DNA of 64,000 bases from the human T2T-CHM13v2.0 reference genome, Homo sapiens, in assembly GCF_009914755.1 (NCBI RefSeq), contig NC_060930.1; one strand, given 5' to 3'. Position 1 is the first letter of the stretch; each line of letters begins with the position of its first letter. The notes beneath the pieces are model-generated. The model was not told the DNA's origin. It made no database searches and saw nothing but the letters and a program-made list of their open reading frames with translations. The translations under genes and the position numbers were made by a program. Positions 1 to 11,523 of this stretch are shown here, one piece after another.

Positions 1-130
1 CTTATATTTTTAGTCGAGACAGGGTTTTACCATGTTGGGTAGGCTGGTCTCGAACTCCTGACCTCAGGTGATCCGCCCGCCTTGGCCTACCAAAGTGCTG
101 GGATTACAGGCATGAGCCACCGCACCCAGC
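1..130 (-). mobile_element. Alu (AluS-type), left arm, cut by the window edge
   Basis: Reverse-complement Alu text (ctcgaactcctgacctcaggtgatccgcccgcc...ggcatgagccaccgcacccagc). Confidence 0.9.
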
Positions 131-600
131 AGAATTACTTTAGACTTCTCAATGGCCAGTGGAAGATAGAAGGCCATGGAATAATGACTTTAAAATTCTA
201 AAGAAAAATTGTTACAATCTAGAATTCCATATATAGTTATACAATTAGGGATTAGATAGAATAAAGATAATTAGATATTTTTAGGCAAAATAGCCTCAAA
301 ATATACTTCCTGGTACAATTTCTCAAAAAATTACTAGAAAATATGTTTTAACGATTGAACAAACAAACCTGGAAAAACAAAGATATAGTACATGGAAAAT
401 GGAAAATGGAAAATACAACCCATGAGAAGGACAAAGGGAATCCTCAGATGAAGGGCGATCCCCGGATAAACACTGTAAGCCAAGTCTAGCAGATATTCAA
501 CCTAGATTACAACAGCTCAGAAATCTCAGAGAGATTGCTTCCAAAAGTTGAAATTAGTAGGGCACCTGGTGGACCTGAAATCCAGAGACATCTCAGGATG
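131..600 (+). mobile_element. Old L1/HAL1 ORF1-like fragment
   Basis: A-rich sequence with an L1 ORF1 C-terminal-like passage (gacttctcaa...atggaataatgactttaaaattctaaagaaaa...tctagaattccatat). Confidence 0.5.
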
Positions 601-810
601 TGTTATTCCTGGTCCTGCTTGCTCTCAGATCCATTTCCTGCCAATCCTCTGCTCTGCTCTGTGTTTCAGGGAGGGATGGTCCCTGCAGGTTGGCTTTCTC
701 GGGCTTCTACGTTAGTACATTTCTCACTGAGACCACTGGTAACAGTTTGGAGAAGAGGAAAGGAAGGAAAACCAGGTTATTTTCTATGTCTCTTTCTTGG
801 GCAACTCCCT
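600..810. mobile_element. ERVL LTR33-like fragment
   Basis: Resembles the recalled LTR33 consensus (ctctgctctgtgtttcagggagg...cactggtaacagtttggagaagaggaaaggaaggaaaaccaggttattttct). Confidence 0.45.
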
Positions 811-826
811 TAGTATTATAAGTTTC

Positions 827-1125
827 CTTTTTTTTTTTTTTTTTCTTGAGGCAAACTGTCACTCTGCTGCCCAGGCTGGAGTGCAGTGGCTTGATCATGG
901 CTCACTGCAGCCTCAACCTCCCAGCCTCAGGTAATCCCTCCACCCCAGCCTCCCGAGTAGCTGGGACAACAGGTGCACACTACCACACCCAGCTAACTTT
1001 TTGATTATCTGTAGAGATGGGGTTTCCCTGTGTTGCCCAGGCTGGTCTCAAACTTCTGGGCTCAAGCAATCCTCCTGCCTCATCCAAAGTGCTGGGATTA
1101 TAGGTATGAGCCACCAGACCCAGCC
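827..1125 (-). mobile_element. AluJ
   Basis: Poly-T followed by reverse-complement Alu with J-type text (gatcatggctcactgcagcctcaacctcc, ctcaagcaatcctcctgcc). Confidence 0.9.
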
Positions 1126-2366
1126 TAAGTTACCATTTTGATTCCATCTATCGCTGGATATTAATGCTATGGCTTCAGACACCACTTTTCTCCTTTTTCT
1201 CTCAAACCTAGAGAGAAAAGCTACTGATAGCATTCTGGTGTTACCAAAGTGTTTAGTTACTTCACTGCCCCCTTTAACTTCTCGCCTCCTCCCTGCATTC
1301 CAGTTCCTTAAATTCAATTCCTTTGTTGTAAATTCTTTTTTTTTCCAGTTTGAGAAATTAATGTGTATCAGTGATATAAGTTTCAAATACATTTCCAATA
1401 TTTCATGTGGCTTTTTCTTAGATGTCCTTGATTTACAATATGCAGGGATGTATTTATTTCTACAGTTGCATTTATCAATCTCTTCTATGGATTCTGATTT
1501 CCCCCACTGAGTTTATTAAAACAAATCCCCCTGCTTTTCCTTCTGGGTCCCTTCTCTGGACTTAACCTCCATGCTGAATACCCCCTCTCCTTCCATCCCT
1601 GCAGGTCTACTCTCCCTTTTCCCTGGATGTGCACAGGCCTTGGTCATCTTTGTACTCTCTGTTACTCCTTCCTGGAAAACCCTTCTACCCCTTATCTTCT
1701 AGCCTCCCAGGATCATCCTTCACATCTTACTTCAGAAGTGAAGTAGCTGTGCCTCCAGGAAGCCCTCCTGGACCACAACATGTACTGCCTTATTTACATT
1801 TACTGATTTACATCGTCATCCCCAGGGCTTGTGCAGCTGAGTCACCTCCATCATGTGTCATGTGGCCTTGTGAGCACCTGTTCCTAAATCCCCACTCCTT
1901 ACCAGACTCTGAATTTCCTGGAGTGAGCCCCTGTCAGAGGCATGGTGATAGGTCAGTAAACTAGTGTCAGGTGAGTATATGGATAGAGAACAAGAACGTT
2001 CAGGGTCAACCTGGATGCTAAAGTGTCAGTAACAGCATTGAAGAGGGTGTGGAATATGGGTCTAATCTGACATCCTATCTGGGTGTCCTGTGAAGCCTGA
2101 GACCTCTGTACTTTCTGGGGCCTCAAGCAAGCTGAACAGGGCCCATCAGTGCAGAGACCAAACTATATCACCCTTCACAGAGAAACTGGGGCCTGAGCCA
2201 GGCTCTGGGCTGCTGCTCACTCCTCTCTTTGGATCCATCCCATAGTCTCTGTTTCTCTCAGTCCATGTCTGTGTGTCTGAATCTGTCCCTCTATTTGCTC
2301 TTCTTCAGAGCTCTCCTTCTTTCTCAATGTCTTTGTCACTCTGACCCTCTGTCTCCTTCTCTCCAG

Positions 2367-2621
2367 AATCCATAACCCTGAAAGATGGTTTACCACTTCA
2401 CTTCAGGTCCTGGAAGGACAGTCTCTGCACCTGGTCTGTGCCGTCAATAGCAACCCTCCAGCCAGACTGAGCTGGGTCCAGAAGAGCCTGACCCTGAGCC
2501 CCTCCCAATCCAACACTGGGGTGCTAGAGCTGCAAGCGCACCTCAGAGATGAAGGATAATTTACCTGCCAAGCTCAGAGCCGTCTCGGAACAGCAGAGCT
2601 CCTTGACACTCTCTCTGCAGA
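2367..2621 (+). pseudogene. CD33-related Siglec C2-set Ig exon, disabled
   Basis: Acceptor ctctccag|2367 and donor a|gtgagt at 2622. From 2407 it reads VLEGQSLHLVCAVNSNPPARLSWVQKSLTLSPSQSNTGVLELQAHLRDEG*FTCQAQSRLG-fs-QQSSLTLSLQ. Both Ig cysteines are present (2437, 2566). Lesions: TAA at 2557, a 5-nt cactt duplication near 2394-2403, and a frameshift at ~2590. Confidence 0.9.
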
Positions 2622-2958
2622 GTGAGTGTCAAGGGGCTACTTGCCAGACTGCAGCCTCCCACAAACTGCAGCTCCCAGGTGGCTAAGCAAGTGGCCCCCT
2701 GGGGTCACCCAGGGAAATAGCAGTGTGCTCAGCCCAGATTCAAAGACAGCTTTGAGGCCTGGACTGACACTGAGGCCAGAGCCCTCTGTTTACTGCTGGT
2801 CAGTCTTGAGAGGGGTTGAGGTGAGGCCTGGACTGACATGTTCTTACATCCAGAGATTCAGGAATGATCTGGAGAATAAATGTCCAAGTCTTATAGGAAC
2901 AGGAAAAACAAGGAATTGTGGTTTAGCAGATGAATCTGCCTTGTCCCATTTTTCCCAG

Positions 2959-3052
2959 TAAAACCAGGGCCCATGGTGGAGGTGTTTATTTTGGCCATCG
3001 GGGAGGCAACTGTGAAGATCTCGTTTCTCTGTCTCTGCCTCATCTTCCTCAG
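2959..3052 (+). pseudogene. Siglec transmembrane exon with intramembrane lysine (activating, DAP12-type)
   Basis: Acceptor tttcccag|2959 and donor ag|gtgagt at 3053; phase-compatible with the preceding exon. Reads KPGPMVEVFILAIGEATVKISFLCLCLIFL, with the Lys codon at 3015-3017. Confidence 0.85.
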
Positions 3053-3388
3053 GTGAGTGCTGCCCCAGGACCAAAGCAGGAGGTGTGGGGCAGGCAGGGA
3101 CATGATGCTGAATTTGAGTCCTAGTGCTGGAGGGACCTGAACCAGTCAAGAGGGCCCAAGGCCAGCAGAAGTTGAGTTGTGGTGAGAATTCTGCATGGGC
3201 CAGTTGTTGTCTGTCCCCAACTCTGGGTGAGAGTCCAGCTCTCATCATGGAGATCTTGGAGGTTAGGCCTGCTTTCTCCACCTCAGTCCCTTCCAGCCCC
3301 TTAGCAGGGCACAGGGAGGTGAGTTTGCTGCTCTCTACACCCTGATCTGGCCACACTGACAGGCCCTGGGCCCTTTGCTTATTGTCAG

Positions 3389-3455
3389 GTCCTGCAGTAG
3401 GAAGGCAGCAAGGGCAGCAGCAGGTGTGGAGGCTGCAAACACCGTCACGGGCTAA
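3389..3455 (+). pseudogene. Siglec short cytoplasmic-tail exon (no ITIM)
   Basis: Acceptor tgtcag|3389. Reads (R)SCSRKAARAAAGVEAANTVTG-stop (TAA 3453-3455). Followed by a degenerate donor, tctctcag|atgagt. Confidence 0.8.
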
Positions 3456-3974
3456 TCTCTCAGATGAGTGTCATGGAGGTCTCACCCTCCAACATCCCAC
3501 TAGACACCTCTCCCTAGATGGCTCCTAGGATTGCTCCGCTCAACGTGGCCAAAGTTGAACCAACCATCTACCCACCCCCAACCAACTTTCTCTGCTGGGA
3601 CTCACATCTCACTGATGACACAGTGATCCCCTCTTTAAAGTCATAACAAGGGTGTGGTTCTCCACCTTGAGCTTCCTCCCTCCCTTCTCCACATCCCGTA
3701 CATCACTAATTCTTGTCCCTCCTTCTCCTAAGCAGGGCTCACCTTGGAGCCCTTTTCTCCATCCTAATCCTGGTCATTCCTGGAGCCTCACCTCTTCTCT
3801 GGTCACTGAACCCTCCTGACTTCCTGCCTCTATCTCTCCCCAACACAGGCCTGCACACAGAGCTTCCAGATGCCTCTGTGTCCAGTTCCTCCACAGTCTG
3901 AATGGCCATGTTTCCTTTCCATGGCTGTAGAATGAGGTGCAAACACTACAGCACAGTCTGTTTCCTGCTAGACT

Positions 3975-4092
3975 CTGCTCCCAAATGGTACACAAATGGC
4001 CAAAGAGCACACGAGAAGATGCTCAACATCATTAGTCATTTGACAAATGCAGATCAAAACTGTAAAGGAGATGCTACTTCACACTAATTAAA
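3975..4092 (+). mobile_element. L1M ORF2 fragment inside the retrocopy
   Basis: acaaatggccaaagagcacacgagaagatgctcaacatcattagtcatt...atgcagatcaaaac is typical L1 ORF2 3' text. Confidence 0.8.
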
Positions 4093-4097
4093 ACAGC

Positions 4098-4245
4098 TGT
4101 ACTATTTTCCCATTGCTTCTGTAACAAATTACCCCAACATTAGTGGTTTGAAACACCACCACTTACTTCCTTACAGTTCTGCAGGTCAGAAGGATGAAAC
4201 AGGACTCACTGGACTATAAAATCAAGGATGGTTCCTTCTGGATGC
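4098..4245 (-). mobile_element. MLT1 (MaLR) LTR 3' fragment inside the retrocopy
   Basis: tgtactattttcccattgcttctgtaacaaattacc...ttacagttctgcaggtcagaag matches the reverse-complement MLT1 end. Confidence 0.75.
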
Positions 4246-4254
4246 TTTTTGAAG

Positions 4255-4405
4255 CAAGGGTTTTATTGTTGGGTCTGCAGGCTATACAAGAAGCATAGTG
4301 GCTTCTGATTTTGCTTGACTTCTGGGAAGGCCTCAGGAAACTTAAAATCATGGCAAAAGGTGAAGGGGGAGCCAGCACTTCACACGGCTAGAGAAGGAGG
4401 AAAAG
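4255..4405 (-). mobile_element. MST (MaLR) LTR fragment forming the 5' end of the retrocopy
   Basis: ctgcaggctatacaagaagcat...ggcctcaggaaacttaaaatcatggcaaaaggtgaagggggagccagcacttcacacggc matches MSTA/MSTB. The match stops exactly at the TSD. Confidence 0.8.
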
Positions 4406-4553
4406 CTTTGTTGTAAATTCTTAAAATGGTTTCATTTTTCCTGGTGAGATGTATGGTTAAATTACAAAGTAATACCTAGAAATCTAAGAAAAACAATAAA
4501 ATAAAATAATTAATAGCAAGGAACAAAATTTGCGTAAGAAAGAGAAGGTTCTC

Positions 4554-4886
<333 letters not shown>

Positions 4887-7886
4887 TTACTTTTATTTAA
4901 ATGATCAAAGTAATATAAATAATTAATATTTGCTCTAACAAAGATTAGACTCACTTTTCATAACCCAAACCCTACAAAATGATAGACCAGATCATAGAAA
5001 TTCTCCTATAGAGCAAAAAGATACTCCTATTTATAATAGGTAAGTCTTGCAGCTCTGTTGAGAAAAGGACAATATGATGTACAGGAAATTAAAGAAAAGC
5101 TCTTCCTTTCTAGTGGGAGGGGTAGAGGAAGGATGGTAGAGAGAAGAAAGAAAAGGGAGAAAGGAAGTATGGGACATATAACATGTGGATCCTGATATAG
5201 TTTTCTCCAGTCTTCTTTCCGAAAAACACAGGTATATTGGGTAAACTCCAAATGAGGAGATCTGGCCCCTTCTCTATCTTTGGGACTTTAGAAAGAGACT
5301 ACCTCTCAAAACTGGAGAGAGAAGCATACCAAGTAAATTTGATAGCAACTCCGAGTTCTATCTGAGAGCTTGTCAGAAGTAGCTGCTGTAATTAGGATGA
5401 GAGTTCTTGGAGCTGGGGTTTGAAGGGCAGAACACTCTAACTGGAGTTAAGGAGTTCAGACAGTACTAAAGGGGTGCCAAGGTGGAACCAAATCAATGGA
5501 AAGAGAACACAAAGTCCTCACTGAGTTGAGGACAAAGAGAACACAAGCTCATGGCCATAATTGTCAGCAATAAATACCATCAATGGAGACAGCTCATAAA
5601 TGAATTAAACCAGCCAGTGCACCCCCCCACCCACAAGGACCAGCCTAGGGTCAAGGAGACTCGTTTCCCTTAATTCTCTCAATAACCCCAACTAATAACT
5701 TCAACACACTGCAAAAGATGCTACTAGTGGTCCAGTAACCCCACTATTCTTCCAAAAGATGCTACTTGGGGAGGAACCCAGAAGGGAAGCAGAATCCTAA
5801 AAGAACCTGAGTAATATAAGATAAACAAAGTTACCTAAAGAGAAAAATTATGTTTGGATACTACTGCTTCATGCTAACTTGGGCTATAATTGGTTTATGT
5901 ATATTTTCTGACTACCTAGAGATATCAAGAAGCACATTTGAGTTGTTGTAGTCCATTGGCAACCTCACAATACAGAAGTTTAGCTACAATGTGACAATTT
6001 TATTCATGAAAATACGGAAGCACAGAGGGCTTAAATGTCTTTGCCAAGGTTAAAGCTGAAAATAGAATGATGATTTCAACTACAGTTGACCTTAGTAAAA
6101 AGCGGATCCTCTTTACCAAATACGAGTACCTTGATCCCTCAGCAAAGGCTCTTTTTCCTGCACCTTCACTCTCCAGCCACTAGCTTTCTTTTCCTACCCC
6201 AACTTCTAGTTAATGATACAGCTCTTCATTCTGCTCATGACCATGTGTCTGATGTTTACTACAGATACAATTAGCTTAAAGTTTGCTTAAAGTTACAGAT
6301 AAAAAAAGCTAACAAGTTACTTTACATCAGGCCATCTATAAAAACAAATGAAAGAGGAACTCACAGTCACTTGTAGACTCTGAACAGATGTCTTTGGCAA
6401 GAATAGAATGTAGAAAGGAGAAAATTCCATACCACGATGCCACTTGGACAGTTCTGAGAACACTGATACAGCTTCCCCATTTTTAAATTTATAATTACAG
6501 TAAAACTCTGGTGAAAATACAAGTCAAGAATATATCAGCTGACAAGAGAATATTTTCAACAAGAATGACCACTCAGACTTAGAATCTATGATGGTTAAAA
6601 TAGAAAGGTAGCTAATTTGAGATGTGCAAGGATGCTGAACAGGAGGCATTCTACAGCACCCGTCACTTGACCTCCTTTCACAATTTGTGGTGCTCCTGGG
6701 TATCAAAGATCTAATTATTTTAATCATTATTCTTTCTGTGGGTTTTAAAATAATTAATTTGTTTCCTATTCCGTCTAAGCTCTCAAGAAAACTGTGGAGT
6801 CTTGTCATAATACTTTGTAATTTATAACTTTCCTTTAGTTATATTGTTTCCTGGTATTCTCACAATACTTCATGTGATAGATGATAGGGATGAGAAACTG
6901 TGGTTCCAAGAATTCAAGCAATTTCTGCAAGGCCCCATTACTGGAACATGAGGAGCTGGGATTCCAAACCCAGTCTTCCAACTGCAAATCCCTTTCCACT
7001 CTAATTCCTTCCTGAATTTATCTGATTTACAGCAGGGCAATGACTCCCAAACCTTAATTCTGCCCTAGGAAATTACTCATACTTTCTCTTTATCATCAAA
7101 AGGGAGTCTGTCAAGAATCAGTATCAAAAATTCTTAATCTGGTGAACTGTATTGCTCTTCCAAATTTAACTCTACACCAAATTATGCATAGAAAGAGATT
7201 CTTTGGCCTGCAGACCTGAGATTCTGAAATTTTTTATAGTGCCTAACAGACCTTTTTGATCCATCACATTTAGTCACATCAATCATATCAACTCAAAGAA
7301 CACACTGTAGAGAAAATAATGTAACTTGATTGATGTGAACAGATGTGACATGGGACAATTAAGTTTCAGTTTAAGGACCCAAGGAGAAGAAACACCTGAT
7401 GCTCTATAAGGTTCACTAAACAAAGACCCCATTGCTAACAGTATAAATAGGATTTATAGGCTTTGTTTTCCCAAGTGGAAGAGAGAAGAAATACAATATA
7501 TGTTAATAGTATAATATGTGTTTATCTACCGTGCATGGGCAGAAAATTCCCTGCCTGTCTGAAATCTAATATTTCCTATGGCATTCTAGAGCCAAGTCTA
7601 ACCTAGCAATGCTAATCAACAGGGAAAATAATACTGTATTTTAGGAAATAAATTGTCATTATTTTACATATGGATGAAAACATTTCAAAATAATTCAATA
7701 TATTACTTTAAGAAAAATAAGGAATTTTAATAGACTTGAAATGTAAATAATCCTTTATTGGGAATATTTTTGAAGCATTTTAGATGGTGAATATTTAAAG
7801 GCATTTATATTGATACAAAGATTATAACCATTCCTTTCAAAGTCTTCTTTTTCTTGAGTTCCACTTCATAATTTAAGCCTAAGTAA

Positions 7887-8335
<449 letters not shown>

Positions 8336-8384
8336 ATAAGTGTGTATTTTTTAATGGAAGAAACAGGAAAACATTTGGTAGTTT

Positions 8385-8600
8385 TATATATATATATATA
8401 CATATACATACACACATATACATACCCACACATACACACATACTTATATACCTAATATATCTAATATAGGTATATATATCTACATATGAAAACAACAAAA
8501 AGAAGACATATAGGTATATGTATATATATATGTGTGTATATATACACTTGTGTGTATATATCTACTTGAACGTATATATATATATATATGCATATACATA
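8385..8600. repeat. Compound (TA)n/(CA)n/(TG)n microsatellite
   Basis: Directly visible dinucleotide runs. Confidence 0.9.
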
Positions 8601-9310
8601 CTTAAAACTACCAAAGTTTTCCTGTTTTATTCCCCATTAAATACTGAGAAAAGTAACACTTGTATCTTATATATCTTATTAGAGAGAATAATAATTTATA
8701 ATCAATCTAATGTTTTTAAAGCATATCTTTATTTTCTCTTTTTAACGTTTCTCTCTTTCTTATCTCTAATACTCTTTCCCTTTTTTTCAGTCATCTTTCT
8801 CAGGTTAAATAATCCTCTTTTTATTTGGCTTTCCTCCCTCTTTTATTTCCTCAATGATTTACGAAAGGAGCACCCAGGATTTCAGTGCCCAATTCTTAGA
8901 TGCTGTGTTTCTGGCTCCTGGCGTGCACAGTTAGTGCTTCCTAGGAAGCTGGTGTACAGAAGCAAAGTGTGGAGACAGAGCGTGCCACCTCACAGCAGCT
9001 GTGTGGCCTTGGCCATAGACTGGATTCCTGTGCTTAAGGTTTCTTATCTTTATACTTGAGATAATCACAGTTACACTCCCCATTGAGTAATTAGTGAGAA
9101 TTAAATGAGTTGATTCTAAAGAGCTTTATATATTTAGTAGTGGTAGTAGACGCTCAGTATGTTAGTTTATTTTCTTCTTAGTTGAGGGATTGAGTTTCAT
9201 CTTTTTATAGAAGCTACAGTTTTTCTACCAATTTTGTTTCTTCCTCTCTCCATTAATGCCCAAGAAAGGAGATGAAGATGAAAATTGCAGGTTTCTTCTC
9301 TTTCCCCTCT

Positions 9311-9394
9311 CTAATTTTGTTCATATTACAAAGCATTTCAGCATGGTAGGGTATAGCATCATGCTGAATGCTTTGTAACATGAACAGAAATTAG
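9311..9394. repeat. Near-perfect inverted repeat, ~35-bp arms, 14-nt loop
   Basis: ctaattttgttcatattacaaagcatttcagcatg (9311-9345) is the reverse complement of catgctgaatgctttgtaacatgaacagaaattag (9360-9394), apart from one mismatch and two 1-nt bulges. Confidence 0.95.
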
Positions 9395-9495
9395 TTTACG
9401 AGAATGAAAGAAGAATAAAGCAATTTATAGGGAAGTGAAAATCAGGGGGAGATGTAGAGAGGCATTATAATTACGAGACAAAAAATTTGTGTATG

Positions 9496-9839
<344 letters not shown>

Positions 9840-10128
9840 CTATCCAAATGCTCACGCTTCTGGCCTCTATTCCTGAGAAGCACTTGCTTTAGCCACATGA
9901 GAAGGCTTTTTATGCTCCAACTTTTCCTTTCCCCCTTTTCTACCTGTCAGAATTCTATTCACCCTTCAAGAACCATCTGAAATGTTACCACCCCTGGGAA
10001 CCTCACCCCATTCCGGCAGATGAGATTAATAACGGCTTCTCTCTGGCTCCACAGCTTGGTTACCACACTAGCGCAGCCCCATTGTTTACTTGCCCATCTC
10101 CCCTGCTAACCTCTTTGAAGAAGGGATC

Positions 10129-10444
10129 TTTTTTTTTCTTTTTTCTTTTCTTTTTTTTTTTTTTAGACAGAGCCTCACAGTGTCACCCAGCCTGGAGTGC
10201 AGTGGCACGATCCTGGCTCACTGCAACCTCCGCCTTCTGGGGTTCAAGCAATTCTCCTGCCTCAGCCTCCTGAGTAGCTGAGATTACAGGCATGTGCCAC
10301 CATGCCCGGCTAATTTTTGTATTTTTAGTAAAGATGGGTTTTCACCATGTTCACCAGGCTGGTCTCAAAACTGACCTTAAGTGATCCGCTCGCCTTGGCC
10401 TCCCAAAGTGCTGGAATTACAGGCATGAGTCACCACGCCCAGCC
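10129..10444 (-). mobile_element. AluS
   Basis: Reverse-complement Alu; TSD aagaag(g/a)gatct. Confidence 0.9.
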
Positions 10445-10495
10445 AAGAAGAGATCTTGTCTTATTAACTTAACCCCAGCGAGAAAACCCAGTACA

Positions 10496-10632
10496 TTTTT
10501 TTCAACTTTTATTTTAGACTTAGAGGGTACACGTTCAGATTTGTTACCTGGGTATATTGTGTGATGCTGAGGTTTGGGGTATGAATGATCCTGTCACCCA
10601 GGTACTGAGCATAGTACTTGGTAGTTAGTTTA
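10496..10632 (-). mobile_element. 5'-truncated L1P 3' end
   Basis: caacttttattttag...gggtatattgtgtgatgctgaggtttggggtatgaatgatcctgtcacccagg; flanked by agtacattt direct repeats. Confidence 0.8.
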
Positions 10633-11523
10633 GTACATTTATATAGAGTTGATTTTGTAAAATATAGAGATCTCGATAATAATTCTCTGTAACAATCACA
10701 TTGTTCTTAAAATGTATGTAAAATGATATTTCATGGATGTTGAGAGCTTAAGGCATTTTTTTTTAACTTGTCTGCATAGCACTCAATTTGTAAGATTCCC
10801 TCATGTAACCACAGCCTTGTTCAAATGTTTCATTGGAGGGGTGTTTTCAGGAGAAGAGGAGTGAAGGAAAAGGAATAAAGGAGGAGAAAATAAAGTTTAG
10901 AAACAATGTGGTGTCAGCTAAACAGCAGCTTTAGTTTGTTTCACTGGAGAAGATCTGGGACATGAATTACAACACAGATTTGAGTTACCTTGAGACAAGG
11001 AGGAGGACTTTTGGATTCCCACATCAGTCAGCCATTGGTCAAGGTTAAGACAGTGTAGCTTTCAAGGTAGAGGAGGCAGTTTCTGGGTGCCATTTGACCT
11101 AGGGAAATTCTCTGTAAAGAGAAACGGAAAACTTTGAGTTGTTACTAGCTAACACTCAAGAATCTTTGCAGAATGGGTGCTTCAGTTAATAAAAAGAATT
11201 TCCACAGAAGACCATGCCATCCTCTAATTAAAATTTCCTTGAATCCTAGAGCAAATGCTCAGAAAAATTAGAAGTGTTTCCATGTTTGAGGACAAATGTT
11301 AATATTAGACTATTCTAAGCTCTGAGTGTAGCCATGCATTTACTCATTTAATTATCCATGCACTCAGTTAATTAACATTTATTGAGCCCTGCTTACTATG
11401 ACTCACTCCAGTAAACAATGCAACGATGTTTAAGCCAGATGCCCTTGAATGTGACAGTCTAATGGTTTTTAGTGATTTAGTATTAGAATCCATACTTTAA
11501 CAAAAGAGCTGATCATCGGGTGG

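Larger units (their letters stand above)
1338..4405 (-). pseudogene. TSD-flanked retrocopy of an LTR-initiated antisense transcript carrying Siglec exons and introns
   Basis: Perfect 17-bp direct repeat CTTTGTTGTAAATTCTT at 1321-1337 and 4406-4422. T-run at 1336-1344 is a short poly(A) tail on the minus strand. The empty site reads TTTT/AAGA on the minus strand, an L1 endonuclease-type site. The 5' end lies in an MST LTR. Confidence 0.8.

Noticed and set aside
535-813. ORF containing VFQGG, resembling the Siglec linker exon
   Set aside because: It lies outside the TSD-bounded insert and fits an LTR33-like repeat better.
2844-3356. 170-aa minus-strand ORF in the retrocopy
   Set aside because: It is antisense to the Siglec exon and intron sequence, has a non-ATG start and resembles no known protein.
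8532-9059. 175-aa hydrophobic ORF
   Set aside because: It begins in a TA/TG microsatellite and runs through T-rich low-complexity DNA.
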